A stretch of 64,000 nucleotides of DNA from Hyalangium minutum (GTDB lineage Bacteria > Myxococcota > Myxococcia > Myxococcales > Myxococcaceae), in NCBI RefSeq assembly GCF_000737315.1, contig NZ_JMCB01000018.1:62001-126000 (forward strand), given 5' to 3'. The first letter of the stretch is position 1, and every line of letters starts with the position of its first letter. The notes below the pieces were generated by a model, which worked only from the letters and a program-made list of their open reading frames with translations, was not told the origin of the DNA and did not search any database. Position numbers and translations under genes: made by a program. Shown in pieces: positions 27,213-36,095 of this stretch.

Positions 27213-30200
27213 ATGAAGAGTTGGGTCAAGTCGCGCGCTCGTAAGGCCGCGTCCGGCGTCAGAACCTTTGCAGCCCTGGTCCTCGGACCAGCCCTGGCAC
27301 TGCAAGGCTGCGCGAAGGAAGAGCCTCAAACCCCCACCCCTCCCTCTCAGGAGGCCCGAGCTGCGGGCAGCCTGCGGACGCTGCGCGCCGAGAATGGCGC
27401 GGAATACGTGCCGGGCGAGCTCCTGGTCCGCTTCAAGCGCGACGCGGGCTTGAGGGCTCTGTCGGCCCACAAGCAGGCAGGCGCGAAGGTGCAGCACACC
27501 TTCCGCACGATGCCGGAGCTGCAGCTGGTCACCGTGAATGAGTCCTCCCTCGAGGACGCCATCATCGCGTACCAGAAGGACCCCACCGTCGAGTACGTGG
27601 AGCTCAACTACATCTACCGCGCCAGCGCCACCACGCCCGATGACTCTGTCTTCGGGCAGCAGTGGGGCCTGAACAACACCGGCCAGGCCGGCGGCGTGGC
27701 CGACATCGACATCAACGCCCCCGAGGCGTGGGATCTCACCACGGGCAGCGCCTCGAACGTCATCGCGGTGATCGACTCGGGCGTGGACTACAACCACCCG
27801 GATCTCGCGGCGAACCTCTGGACGAACCCCGGGGAGATTCCGGGCAACAACCTGGACGACGACAACAACGGCTACGTGGACGACGTCCACGGCATCAACG
27901 CCATCACCAACACCGGCAACCCGCTGGATGACGGCACCCACGGCACGCTCGTGGCGGGCACCATCGTGGCCCAGGGCAACAACGGCCGGGGCGTGGCGGG
28001 CGTGAGCTGGTCGTCGCAGATCCTCGCCTGCAAGTTCCTCGACGCGAGCGGCAACGGCACCGCGGCCAACGCCCTCAAGTGCTTGGACTACGTGCACGCG
28101 CTGAAGACCCGGACGAGCAACCCGGTCAACATCATCGCCACTAACAACTCGTGGGGCAACACCGCCTCCTCGCAGGCCCTGCTGGACGGCATCATCCAGC
28201 AGCGCAACGACGGCACCCTCTTCGTAGCGGCGGCGGGCAACACCACCGCGAACAACGACACCACCACTGCGTACCCGAGCGGCTACTTCGTCTCGAACGT
28301 CATCGCCGTGGCGGCGCATGACCGCAAAGGCAACCTCGCCAGCGACACGAACACGGGCCGGCGCACGGTGCACCTGACGGCGCCGGGCGTGGACGTGATG
28401 AGCACCGTCCCGAACAACGGGTACCAGGCGGCCAGCGGCACCTCCATGGCGGCCCCGCATGTGACGGGCGTCGTGGCGCTGCTCGAGGCGCAGGACCCGA
28501 GCCGCGACTGGCGCCAGCTGAAGAACCTGGTGCTGGCGGGCAGCGTGAGCTCCGCTTCGGCCACGGGCAAGACGCTGACGGGCAAGCGGCTGCGCGCCGC
28601 GGACACCAACGGCCAGGGCGCGCTCACTTGCAACAACCAGCTCTTCTCCGCCCGCGTGCGGCCCATCGCGGACACCGTCACGGTGAACGTGTACGACCAG
28701 GTCCCGCTCGCGGCCTACCACGTGAACTGCGGCGCTCCCGCGGGCGTGGCCACCGTCACCGTCTCTCCGGGCGGACAGACGTTCAACCTGTCGGACAGCG
28801 GCGTGTACGGCGACGAGGCCGCCAATGACGGCCTGTTCGTGGGCGCCTTCGAGCCGACCGCGCCCGGCACCTACACCCTTACCTTCCCGGGCGGTGACAC
28901 GCTCACCGTCACCGCGGTGGTGCCGCCCCAGGCGTACGTGAAGACGTCGGTGCCCTACGCGTGGCGCACCATCACCGGCACCAGCCTGGTGCTGACGGAC
29001 GAGAGCGTCGCCAACTTCACCTCGCCCTTCCCCATCCCGTTCGGCGGGGGCACGGGGCAGACGACGGTGCGCGTGGGCATGAACGGCGCCCTCAAGCTCG
29101 AGTCCGCCGGCGCCATCGGCCTCACCAACGCCACGCTGCCCTCCTCCAGCCACACGACGCTGGTGGCCCCGTTCTGGGATGACCTGTACCCGGGCCCCAC
29201 GAGCGCGGACAACGTCTTCTGGGGCGTGCTGGGCACGGCGCCCAACCGCGAGCTGGTGGTGGAGTGGCGCAACGTGCACCACTACAGCACGCGCACGGGC
29301 TCCAACACGCTGAGCTTCCAGGTGGTCTTCTCCGAGGGCCGCCCGGACATCCTCTTCAACTACAAGGACGTGGTGGTCGGGAACGCCTCGTATGACAAGG
29401 CCGCGGCCGCCACCGTGGGCGTTCAGACCAACTCCACGACGGCCACGCAGCACAGCTACAACACGGCGTCGCTGAACGACAACACGGCGTACCTGTTCGC
29501 CATCCCCGTGGCCACCCAGCCGCCCGTGGTGAGCGCCATCACCGCCCAGCCCACCACCCTCAACGAGGGTGACACGCTGACGGTGGACGCCGCCTTCAGC
29601 GATCCGGACGGCGCCTCGGATGGCCCGTGGAAGGTGGAGATCGACGCGAACTACCCGGGTTGGTTCACCACGGACGTCACCCTGAACACCGCCACCCAGG
29701 GCACCGTCACCGGCACCACCCCACTCCTCCACAGCGGCAACCTGACGGTGGCCGCCCGCGTCCAGGACAAGGGCGGAACCCGCTCGGCCGTGGCGCAGAC
29801 GCAGATCACCGTGAACGACGTGCCGCCCGCGCTCAGCGCCCTCACCCCCACCGGCTCCATGGGTGAGCGCCAGCCGGTGACGATCTCCACCTCCTTCACC
29901 GACCCGGGCCTGGACTCGCCGTGGCTCGTGGAGTGGGACTTCGACTACGACGGCACCACCTTCACCGCCGATGCCGTCACGCGCGCCACCACGCCGGGCG
30001 CCATCAGCACCGTCTACGCCTTCCCCAACGACGGCACCTTCACCGTGGCCGCGCGCGTCACCGACAAGGACGGCGTGCAAAGCGCCCTCCAGACGGTGCA
30101 GCTGTCCATCGCGGACCTGCGTCCCACGCTGACGGGCATCGCCGGCAACTTCACGCTGGTCGAGGGCAGCCACTACGCCCTCGAGTCGAACTTCATCAAC

Positions 30201-32582
30201 CCGGGCGACAACTCCCGGCCGTGGCGGGTCCAGTGGGACTTCGACTACGACGGCACCACCTTCGACGTGGACGAGGAGGACGAGCGCTCGACGGACGGCG
30301 CCATCCTCCTGAGCCGCTTCGCGCGGGACTCCGGCAACCGCACCTTCGCCCTGCGCGTGGTGGATGCGGATGGCAGCATCTCCGACGTGAAGCAGGTGGT
30401 CATGGACATCGCGGAGGCCCACCCGGTCCTCAGCCCCATCGCCATGGAGGTGCTGACGGGCGGCAGCAACGAGCCGTCCACGGTTCAGTTCGACCTGTCG
30501 GCCAACAGCGGCGCCGAGGAGCCCTCCGCGGATCCGCTCCGCGCCTTCCTGTGGGACTTCGACGGTGACGGCACGTACGACTACGCGAGCATCTCGCCCT
30601 ATGCCGTGTACACCTACCGCGACAACAAGGCCGGTGGCGGCGCGTTCACCGCTCGCGTGCGCGTGCTCGACGAGGACTCGTACTCCGAGGAGACGATCTC
30701 CGTCGCCATCGCCAACGTGGCGCCCGTGCTCACCGCGCCCGCCGCGCAGACTGCCTGGTCCGGCAACCTGCTGGCCCTGCGCCTGACGGCCACGGATCCC
30801 GGCGCGGACGTGCTCACCTTCTCGGCCTCGGGTGCTCCCGCCGGCCTGACGGTGTCCGCGGACGGCCTGCTGCTGTGGGCCCCGTCCCGCTCGCAGGGCA
30901 GCCGCCAGGGCCGCGCGTACACCGTCAACGTCACTGTGACGGATGACGACGGCGCCTCCGACACCAAGGCCGTCACCCTGACCGCGAAGTGGGTGGACGC
31001 CGACAACGACGGCATCGAGGACAGCTGGGAGCTGGAGAACGGCCTGGATCCCACCAACGCCAACGACGCCGCGGGCGACCGCAACGGCGACGGCATCAGC
31101 AACGCCGCCGAGTTCCGCAACGCCTACGACGGGTTCGCGCTGCCGGCGCAGGCCGCTGTCCAGGGCCCGCTCACCGACACGCTGGTGAAGGCCCCGCAGA
31201 TCACCCTCACCACGTTCAACGTGGCGAGCCGGGGCGACCTGGCCACCGTGAAGTACGAGTTCCAGCTCTTCTCGGGCACCACGCTCGCGACGCAGCTGTG
31301 CTCCACCACGGTGGACGAGTCTGCCTCGGGGCGGACGTCCGCCACCATTCCGAGCGCGACGGGCTCCTGCTCCAGCGTGACGCTGGCGGACGATCAGGCC
31401 TACACGTGGCGCGTGCGCGCGACGGACGGCGACAAGCTCCAGGGTGCATGGAGCCGCGTGCAGACGTTCAAGCTCAGCACGCAGAACGATGCCCCGGGCC
31501 TGGCTCGGGCCTCGCAGCCGGTGCCGGGTGCGCAGATCGCCGTGGCCGTCCCGGTGCTCACGGTGGACAACGCCCTGGACGTGGATGACACCCAGCTCAC
31601 CTACACGTTCAAGCTGGCCACGGACGCGGCCCTGACGCAGGACACCGTCGTCTCGGATCCGATCGCGGGCGGCGCCAGCGGGAGCACCTCGTGGACGGTG
31701 CCCTCCGCGCTCAAGCCGTTCACCACGTACTACTGGCGCGTGACGGTGAAGGACCCGGAGAGCGCCGAGAGCAGCAGCGAGGTGGCCTCCTTCACGTACC
31801 TGGGCCGCCCGTCCAACCGCGAGCCGAGCCTGCCCGAGGCCGTGGAGCCCGCCGCCAACGGCAAGGTGGCCACGCTCACGCCGACGCTCGTCATCAAGGC
31901 GGTGACGGATGCGGACGGCGACGAGCTGCTCTACACGTTCGAGGTGGACACCAGCCCGGCCTTCACCAGCCCGTCGCGCAAGGCCTCCACCGCCCTGAAG
32001 GCCGAGGCGGATGGCACTGTGCGCTGGCAGACCGAGGGCCTGACCGAGGACACGCTGTACTGGTGGCGCGCGCGCGCGAGCGACCCGTACAGCGCCAGCG
32101 ACTGGGTGGTGGGCTCGTTCCAGGTCAACGCCCAGAACAACGCCCCGTCCGCCCCGCTGGCCCTCAACCCGTCCGACGCCATCATCTTCACCCGGACGCC
32201 CACCCTCATCCTCCAGAAGTCGGTGGACCCCGAGGGCGATGCCATCACTTACTCCTTCGAGGTGAAGTCGGCGGATGGCGCCGTGGTGAGCTCGGGTGAC
32301 GTGGCCACGACGGCCAATGCCCAGAACAGCCAGGTGTCCTTCAAGGTCACCAAGGAGCTGGAGCCGGGCGTCGAGTACATCTGGACGGCTCGCGCGAAGG
32401 ATGCGGCGGGCGCGGTGAGCGCGGCCTCCGCGGACGCTCGCTTCCAGGTCTACAAGGAGCCCACCCTCCCTGAGCCCGAGAAGGACGGTGGCTGCAGCAC
32501 CGGCGCGGGCGCGCTGGGCGGCCTCCTGCCGCTGCTGGCGATGGCGATGGGCCTGCTCCGCCGCCGCGGCAACCGGGTGTAG
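27213..32582 (+). CDS. MYXO-CTERM-anchored S8 (subtilisin-like) serine protease with PKD/Ig/Fn3-like repeats and a Ca-binding DxDxDG segment
   Basis: Lipobox LQGC; I9-like propeptide YVPGELLVRFK; catalytic triad VIDSG / HGT / GTSMAAPHV; repeated WDFDYDG PKD motifs; DADNDG..DRNGDG; C-terminus GGCSTG + TM helix + RRRG. Confidence 0.93.
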   Translation: MKSWVKSRARKAASGVRTFAALVLGPALALQGCAKEEPQTPTPPSQEARAAGSLRTLRAENGAEYVPGELLVRFKRDAGLRALSAHKQAGAKVQHTFRTMPELQLVTVNESSLEDAIIAYQKDPTVEYVELNYIYRASATTPDDSVFGQQWGLNNTGQAGGVADIDINAPEAWDLTTGSASNVIAVIDSGVDYNHPDLAANLWTNPGEIPGNNLDDDNNGYVDDVHGINAITNTGNPLDDGTHGTLVAGTIVAQGNNGRGVAGVSWSSQILACKFLDASGNGTAANALKCLDYVHALKTRTSNPVNIIATNNSWGNTASSQALLDGIIQQRNDGTLFVAAAGNTTANNDTTTAYPSGYFVSNVIAVAAHDRKGNLASDTNTGRRTVHLTAPGVDVMSTVPNNGYQAASGTSMAAPHVTGVVALLEAQDPSRDWRQLKNLVLAGSVSSASATGKTLTGKRLRAADTNGQGALTCNNQLFSARVRPIADTVTVNVYDQVPLAAYHVNCGAPAGVATVTVSPGGQTFNLSDSGVYGDEAANDGLFVGAFEPTAPGTYTLTFPGGDTLTVTAVVPPQAYVKTSVPYAWRTITGTSLVLTDESVANFTSPFPIPFGGGTGQTTVRVGMNGALKLESAGAIGLTNATLPSSSHTTLVAPFWDDLYPGPTSADNVFWGVLGTAPNRELVVEWRNVHHYSTRTGSNTLSFQVVFSEGRPDILFNYKDVVVGNASYDKAAAATVGVQTNSTTATQHSYNTASLNDNTAYLFAIPVATQPPVVSAITAQPTTLNEGDTLTVDAAFSDPDGASDGPWKVEIDANYPGWFTTDVTLNTATQGTVTGTTPLLHSGNLTVAARVQDKGGTRSAVAQTQITVNDVPPALSALTPTGSMGERQPVTISTSFTDPGLDSPWLVEWDFDYDGTTFTADAVTRATTPGAISTVYAFPNDGTFTVAARVTDKDGVQSALQTVQLSIADLRPTLTGIAGNFTLVEGSHYALESNFINPGDNSRPWRVQWDFDYDGTTFDVDEEDERSTDGAILLSRFARDSGNRTFALRVVDADGSISDVKQVVMDIAEAHPVLSPIAMEVLTGGSNEPSTVQFDLSANSGAEEPSADPLRAFLWDFDGDGTYDYASISPYAVYTYRDNKAGGGAFTARVRVLDEDSYSEETISVAIANVAPVLTAPAAQTAWSGNLLALRLTATDPGADVLTFSASGAPAGLTVSADGLLLWAPSRSQGSRQGRAYTVNVTVTDDDGASDTKAVTLTAKWVDADNDGIEDSWELENGLDPTNANDAAGDRNGDGISNAAEFRNAYDGFALPAQAAVQGPLTDTLVKAPQITLTTFNVASRGDLATVKYEFQLFSGTTLATQLCSTTVDESASGRTSATIPSATGSCSSVTLADDQAYTWRVRATDGDKLQGAWSRVQTFKLSTQNDAPGLARASQPVPGAQIAVAVPVLTVDNALDVDDTQLTYTFKLATDAALTQDTVVSDPIAGGASGSTSWTVPSALKPFTTYYWRVTVKDPESAESSSEVASFTYLGRPSNREPSLPEAVEPAANGKVATLTPTLVIKAVTDADGDELLYTFEVDTSPAFTSPSRKASTALKAEADGTVRWQTEGLTEDTLYWWRARASDPYSASDWVVGSFQVNAQNNAPSAPLALNPSDAIIFTRTPTLILQKSVDPEGDAITYSFEVKSADGAVVSSGDVATTANAQNSQVSFKVTKELEPGVEYIWTARAKDAAGAVSAASADARFQVYKEPTLPEPEKDGGCSTGAGALGGLLPLLAMAMGLLRRRGNRV
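29932..30263 (+). repeat. Exact 32-nt intragenic direct repeat, 300 nt apart (tandem 100-aa PKD-like modules)
   Basis: agtgggacttcgactacgacggcaccaccttc at 29932-29963 and 30232-30263. Confidence 0.9.
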
Positions 32583-32616
32583 TGACTCCGGTAGCCACTG
32601 CTAGCGTCTGAAGTTC

Positions 32617-32657
32617 AGGAGGCGCCGCACCGATGCAGGGTGCGGCGCCTTCTCTTT
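32617..32657. terminator. Probable bidirectional terminator between the convergent S8 protease and phosphatase genes
   Basis: 12-bp perfect stem aggcgccgcacc (32620-32631) / ggtgcggcgcct (32639-32650), 7-nt loop, followed by tctcttt. Confidence 0.7.
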
Positions 32658-32688
32658 GAGCGTCCCTGGGGCCGGCTTCGCGTCCGCG

Positions 32689-33723
32689 CTACTTCTTCCG
32701 GTCTTTGTGAGTCCGCGGCAGTGCGTGGGAGATGAGGGCCACGTAGTCCACGGCCTGTGCACGCGGCGGCGCTGGGGGCGTGCCCAGCGCGGCGAGCCGC
32801 TTGGTGAAGGCGGCGATGATGTCCGGCACGGGGCGGATCGCCTGGATGAGCCCATTGGGGCCCTCCAGGGCTTGCGAGAGCGCGAGCGCGGCCTGCTGCA
32901 GCGGCAGTCCCCGGCGCAGCAGATCCTGGAAGGAATTGGAGAGGGTGATGATGTTGTGCCCGGCCGTCTGCACCATCTCCACGGCGATCTTGATGACCTG
33001 GGGCGCGGTGAGGTGGCCGTCCGCCAGCAGCACGAGCGCCGCCTGGAAGTAGTTGAAGATGGGCACCACGCGCGGGCCGTAGGGCGCGAAGTGGGCCGGA
33101 GGCGTCAGCCGGTCCAGGTGGATGAAGATGCGGCGCACCGGATCCGCGATGGGGATGCGGCGCCACGCGCTGCGCACGCGCTCGGCGTCATCCGGGTAAA
33201 CGCCTCCGGCGTCGAGCACCTGCGTCAGCACGCGCTCATCCACGCGCCCGGCGATGAGGTCCGCGAAGAGCGAGTAGATGAACGCGTCCGCCTCCGCGTC
33301 GTCCCCGAAGAGGACCTCCTCGGCCTCGATGGGAGCGCTCACGCGGCTCTCGAGGATGGCGGGGAGCTTGTAGCCCACCTGCCCTCGCAGGGCCCGGAAG
33401 CGGCCGCGCAGCAGGTTGCCCACATTGTCCTTGAGGACAAACTCGTCCCACTTCACCCCGTCCAGCTTGAGCTTCTCCTCCAGCACCGCCCGCATCTGCT
33501 TGGGGCTGCCGGAGACGATGCACAGCCGCGAGTCCCCGTTGGCCGCCAGCTCCCTGATGAGCGCCGAGGCCCCCGGCACGGCCACCTTCTCGTGGGCCTT
33601 CTGGAACGCCGTGCGCACCAGGTCCCTGAACGAGTCGAAGTCCGTCCGCAGGTACGTCTTGTCCAGATCCCACCGGTAGATCCGCCTGGGCGGCCGGGGA
33701 TCGATCCGGTCCAGAAGGCTCAC
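32689..33723 (-). CDS. HAD-like phosphatase, App1/DUF2183 (phosphatidate phosphatase-like) family
   Basis: DLDKT (DxDxT) motif, IVSGSP and LFGDDAEAD; 4-nt overlap with plsX. Confidence 0.75.
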   Translation of the reverse strand: MSLLDRIDPRPPRRIYRWDLDKTYLRTDFDSFRDLVRTAFQKAHEKVAVPGASALIRELAANGDSRLCIVSGSPKQMRAVLEEKLKLDGVKWDEFVLKDNVGNLLRGRFRALRGQVGYKLPAILESRVSAPIEAEEVLFGDDAEADAFIYSLFADLIAGRVDERVLTQVLDAGGVYPDDAERVRSAWRRIPIADPVRRIFIHLDRLTPPAHFAPYGPRVVPIFNYFQAALVLLADGHLTAPQVIKIAVEMVQTAGHNIITLSNSFQDLLRRGLPLQQAALALSQALEGPNGLIQAIRPVPDIIAAFTKRLAALGTPPAPPRAQAVDYVALISHALPRTHKDRKK

Positions 33724-34763
33724 TTCGCGAGGCCTTCCTGGATGGTGGTGCCCAGCTGATGCGCCACGGCCTTGGCAGCCACCTTCCCCGCGTTGGTGAT
33801 GGCGCGCGCCTTCGAGCGCCCATGTGCCTTGATGAAGATCCGATCGAACCCGAGGATGGGCGCGCCGCCGTACTGCTCCCAGTCGGTGATGTCCTTGATG
33901 CGCTGGATGCCGCTGGAGAGCATGGCCAGGCCCGCGCGCCAGCGCAGCTTCTCCTTGTAGGCGTAGCGGGCGAGATCCATCACGGTCTCATGGACGCCCT
34001 CGAGCATCTTCAGGCACACGTTGCCCACGAAGCCGTCCGTGACGATGACGTCCACGGTGCCCTTGGGAATCTCCACGCCCTCCACGTTGCCCACGAAGTG
34101 GATGCCCTCCATGGAGGACAGCTTCGCGTGCGCATCCACCACGCGCGGCGGGCCCTTCTGCGGCTCCACGCCGTTGGAGAGCAGCGCCACTTTGGGGCGC
34201 TCGTTCCTGGAGATGATGCGCGCGTACGCCGAGCCCATCACCGCGAAGGCCACCAGATCCTCCGCCGTGGCCTCCACGGTGGCGCCCACGTCGAGGATGA
34301 GTGAGAACGGATCCTGCTTCTCGCCGCGCGTGCCACGCGTGGGGTACACGGCCGCCAGCGCGGCCCGGCGCACCCCGGGAATCAGCTTGAAGTGCCGCGC
34401 GCACGCCAGCACGCCCGCCCCCGTGTTGCCCGCGGAGACCAGGGCCTGGGCCTCTCCGTCGGCCACCAGCTGGGCGGCCACGGCCACCGAGGCGTTCTTC
34501 TTGCGGGCCAGCGCCTCGCCGGGCTTCTCGTCCATGCCCACGAAGTCCGGGGCGTGTTGCACGGAGATTTGCTCGGCGCGGTGCTTGGTGTCCGCCAGGG
34601 CCGCGTCAATGAGCTCGCGGTCGCCCACGAGCAGCGCGTGGATGTGGGGCGCCTCGATGGAGAGCTGGGCGGCGCCGCGCACCACCTCCTCGGGGCCGTG
34701 ATCACTCCCCATCACGTCGAAGGCAATGGTGATGTCCTTGAGCTCCTGAGTCGTCCCCGCCAT
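33720..34763 (-). CDS. plsX: Phosphate acyltransferase PlsX
   Basis: IAFDVMGSDHGP, VSAGNTGA, LDVGA, GNVEG, VTDGFVGN..LK..EG and IKAHG.S motifs. Confidence 0.95.
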   Translation of the reverse strand: MAGTTQELKDITIAFDVMGSDHGPEEVVRGAAQLSIEAPHIHALLVGDRELIDAALADTKHRAEQISVQHAPDFVGMDEKPGEALARKKNASVAVAAQLVADGEAQALVSAGNTGAGVLACARHFKLIPGVRRAALAAVYPTRGTRGEKQDPFSLILDVGATVEATAEDLVAFAVMGSAYARIISRNERPKVALLSNGVEPQKGPPRVVDAHAKLSSMEGIHFVGNVEGVEIPKGTVDVIVTDGFVGNVCLKMLEGVHETVMDLARYAYKEKLRWRAGLAMLSSGIQRIKDITDWEQYGGAPILGFDRIFIKAHGRSKARAITNAGKVAAKAVAHQLGTTIQEGLAK

Positions 34764-34772
34764 GGGCCTATC

Positions 34773-36083
34773 TTACGAGCTTTGCCCGACGCTCGCGCCC
34801 GGCATTCGCACCCGGGCCGCCAGGACGACTCCCACCAGGGCCCCCGCCCCCATCAAGGCCGCCGCCGTGCCGTACGGCGCCCCTGGACCGAAGCCCGTGA
34901 AGAGCCAGCCACCCAGGGCGGGGCCGAGGATTCGCCCCAGCGAGCCGCACGCCTGATAGCTCCCCAACACAGCCCCCAGCCGGTCGGCCGGGGCATGGAG
35001 GGAAACCAGGGCGGACAGGGAGGGCGTGGTGCAGGCGGAGCCCACCGCGAGCAGCCCCATGACGGGGAAGAGCCAGGCGTAGCTGGGAGCCAGCGGCAGC
35101 AGGGCCAGCCCCAGCCCCGTCACCGTGAAGCCCGCCACCAGGAGCCGCCCCTCGCGGACCGGCTGGTACCCGGGCTCGGCACGGCTGCTGGACGACAGCA
35201 GCCGGGGGAGAATCCCGCCCTGGAGGAGGGCAGACACCACGCCCACCACGGCGAAGAGCCCACCCGTGCGCAGGCTGGCCTGGGAGAGCTGCTCGGCCGA
35301 GGCGCGGGCGGAGAGGAACAGCGTCCCGCCCTCCAGCGGCACGGGCCCGGAGGAGAGGAAGCGCGACAGGAGGTACACCGAGAAGGTGCCCTCCATCTGC
35401 GAGAAGGCCGTGTTGAACAGGAGGATGAGCACCAGGCACAGGCCCACGACGGGCAGCCGCAGCGAGGACAGCGCCCCGCTCATCCGGCGCCCGGAGGCCG
35501 TGGCAGGGCTGCCCGGCTTGCGGGACTCGGCCAGGAAGACGAAGGTGAACCCCAGGTTGAGCGCTGCCAGTCCCGCGGCGAACAGGCCAATGGCCCGGTT
35601 ACCGCCCCAGGCGCCCAGGAAGCCGCCCAGCGCCGGGCCCAGCACGAAGCCCAGGCCGAACGCCGCGCCAATCAGCCCCATGCCCTTGGCGCGCTCCTCG
35701 GGCTTGGTGACATCGGCCACATAGGCCTGCGCGGTGGCGATGTTGCCCCCGCTGATCCCATCAATGACGCGCGCCAGGAAGAGCAGCGGCAGTGAGTGGG
35801 CGAAGGCAAAGAGCAGGTAGCCCGTCATCGAGCCCGTGAGGCTCAGCAGCAGCACCGGCCGCCGGCCGTACCGGTCCGACAGCCGTCCCAGCACGGGGGC
35901 GAAGAGGAACTGCATCAGCGAGTACACGGAGAGCAGCAGCCCCACCGTGAACGGTGAGGCGCCGAACTTCACTCCGTACACCCCGAGCTGCGGGATGAGG
36001 ATCCCAAAACCGATGAGATCCAGCGTGACGATACCGAAGACGACGCGCAGCGAGGCGCGCCGCCGGTCTGCTCCCTCCTCCAT
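34773..36083 (-). CDS. MFS transporter, TetA/DHA1-like
   Basis: About 12 TM helices; motif A GRLSDRYGRRPVL; motif C GFVLGPALGG; AQAYVADVT. Confidence 0.9.
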   Translation of the reverse strand: MEEGADRRRASLRVVFGIVTLDLIGFGILIPQLGVYGVKFGASPFTVGLLLSVYSLMQFLFAPVLGRLSDRYGRRPVLLLSLTGSMTGYLLFAFAHSLPLLFLARVIDGISGGNIATAQAYVADVTKPEERAKGMGLIGAAFGLGFVLGPALGGFLGAWGGNRAIGLFAAGLAALNLGFTFVFLAESRKPGSPATASGRRMSGALSSLRLPVVGLCLVLILLFNTAFSQMEGTFSVYLLSRFLSSGPVPLEGGTLFLSARASAEQLSQASLRTGGLFAVVGVVSALLQGGILPRLLSSSSRAEPGYQPVREGRLLVAGFTVTGLGLALLPLAPSYAWLFPVMGLLAVGSACTTPSLSALVSLHAPADRLGAVLGSYQACGSLGRILGPALGGWLFTGFGPGAPYGTAAALMGAGALVGVVLAARVRMPGASVGQSS

Positions 36084-36095
36084 ACACCCCGCCGC

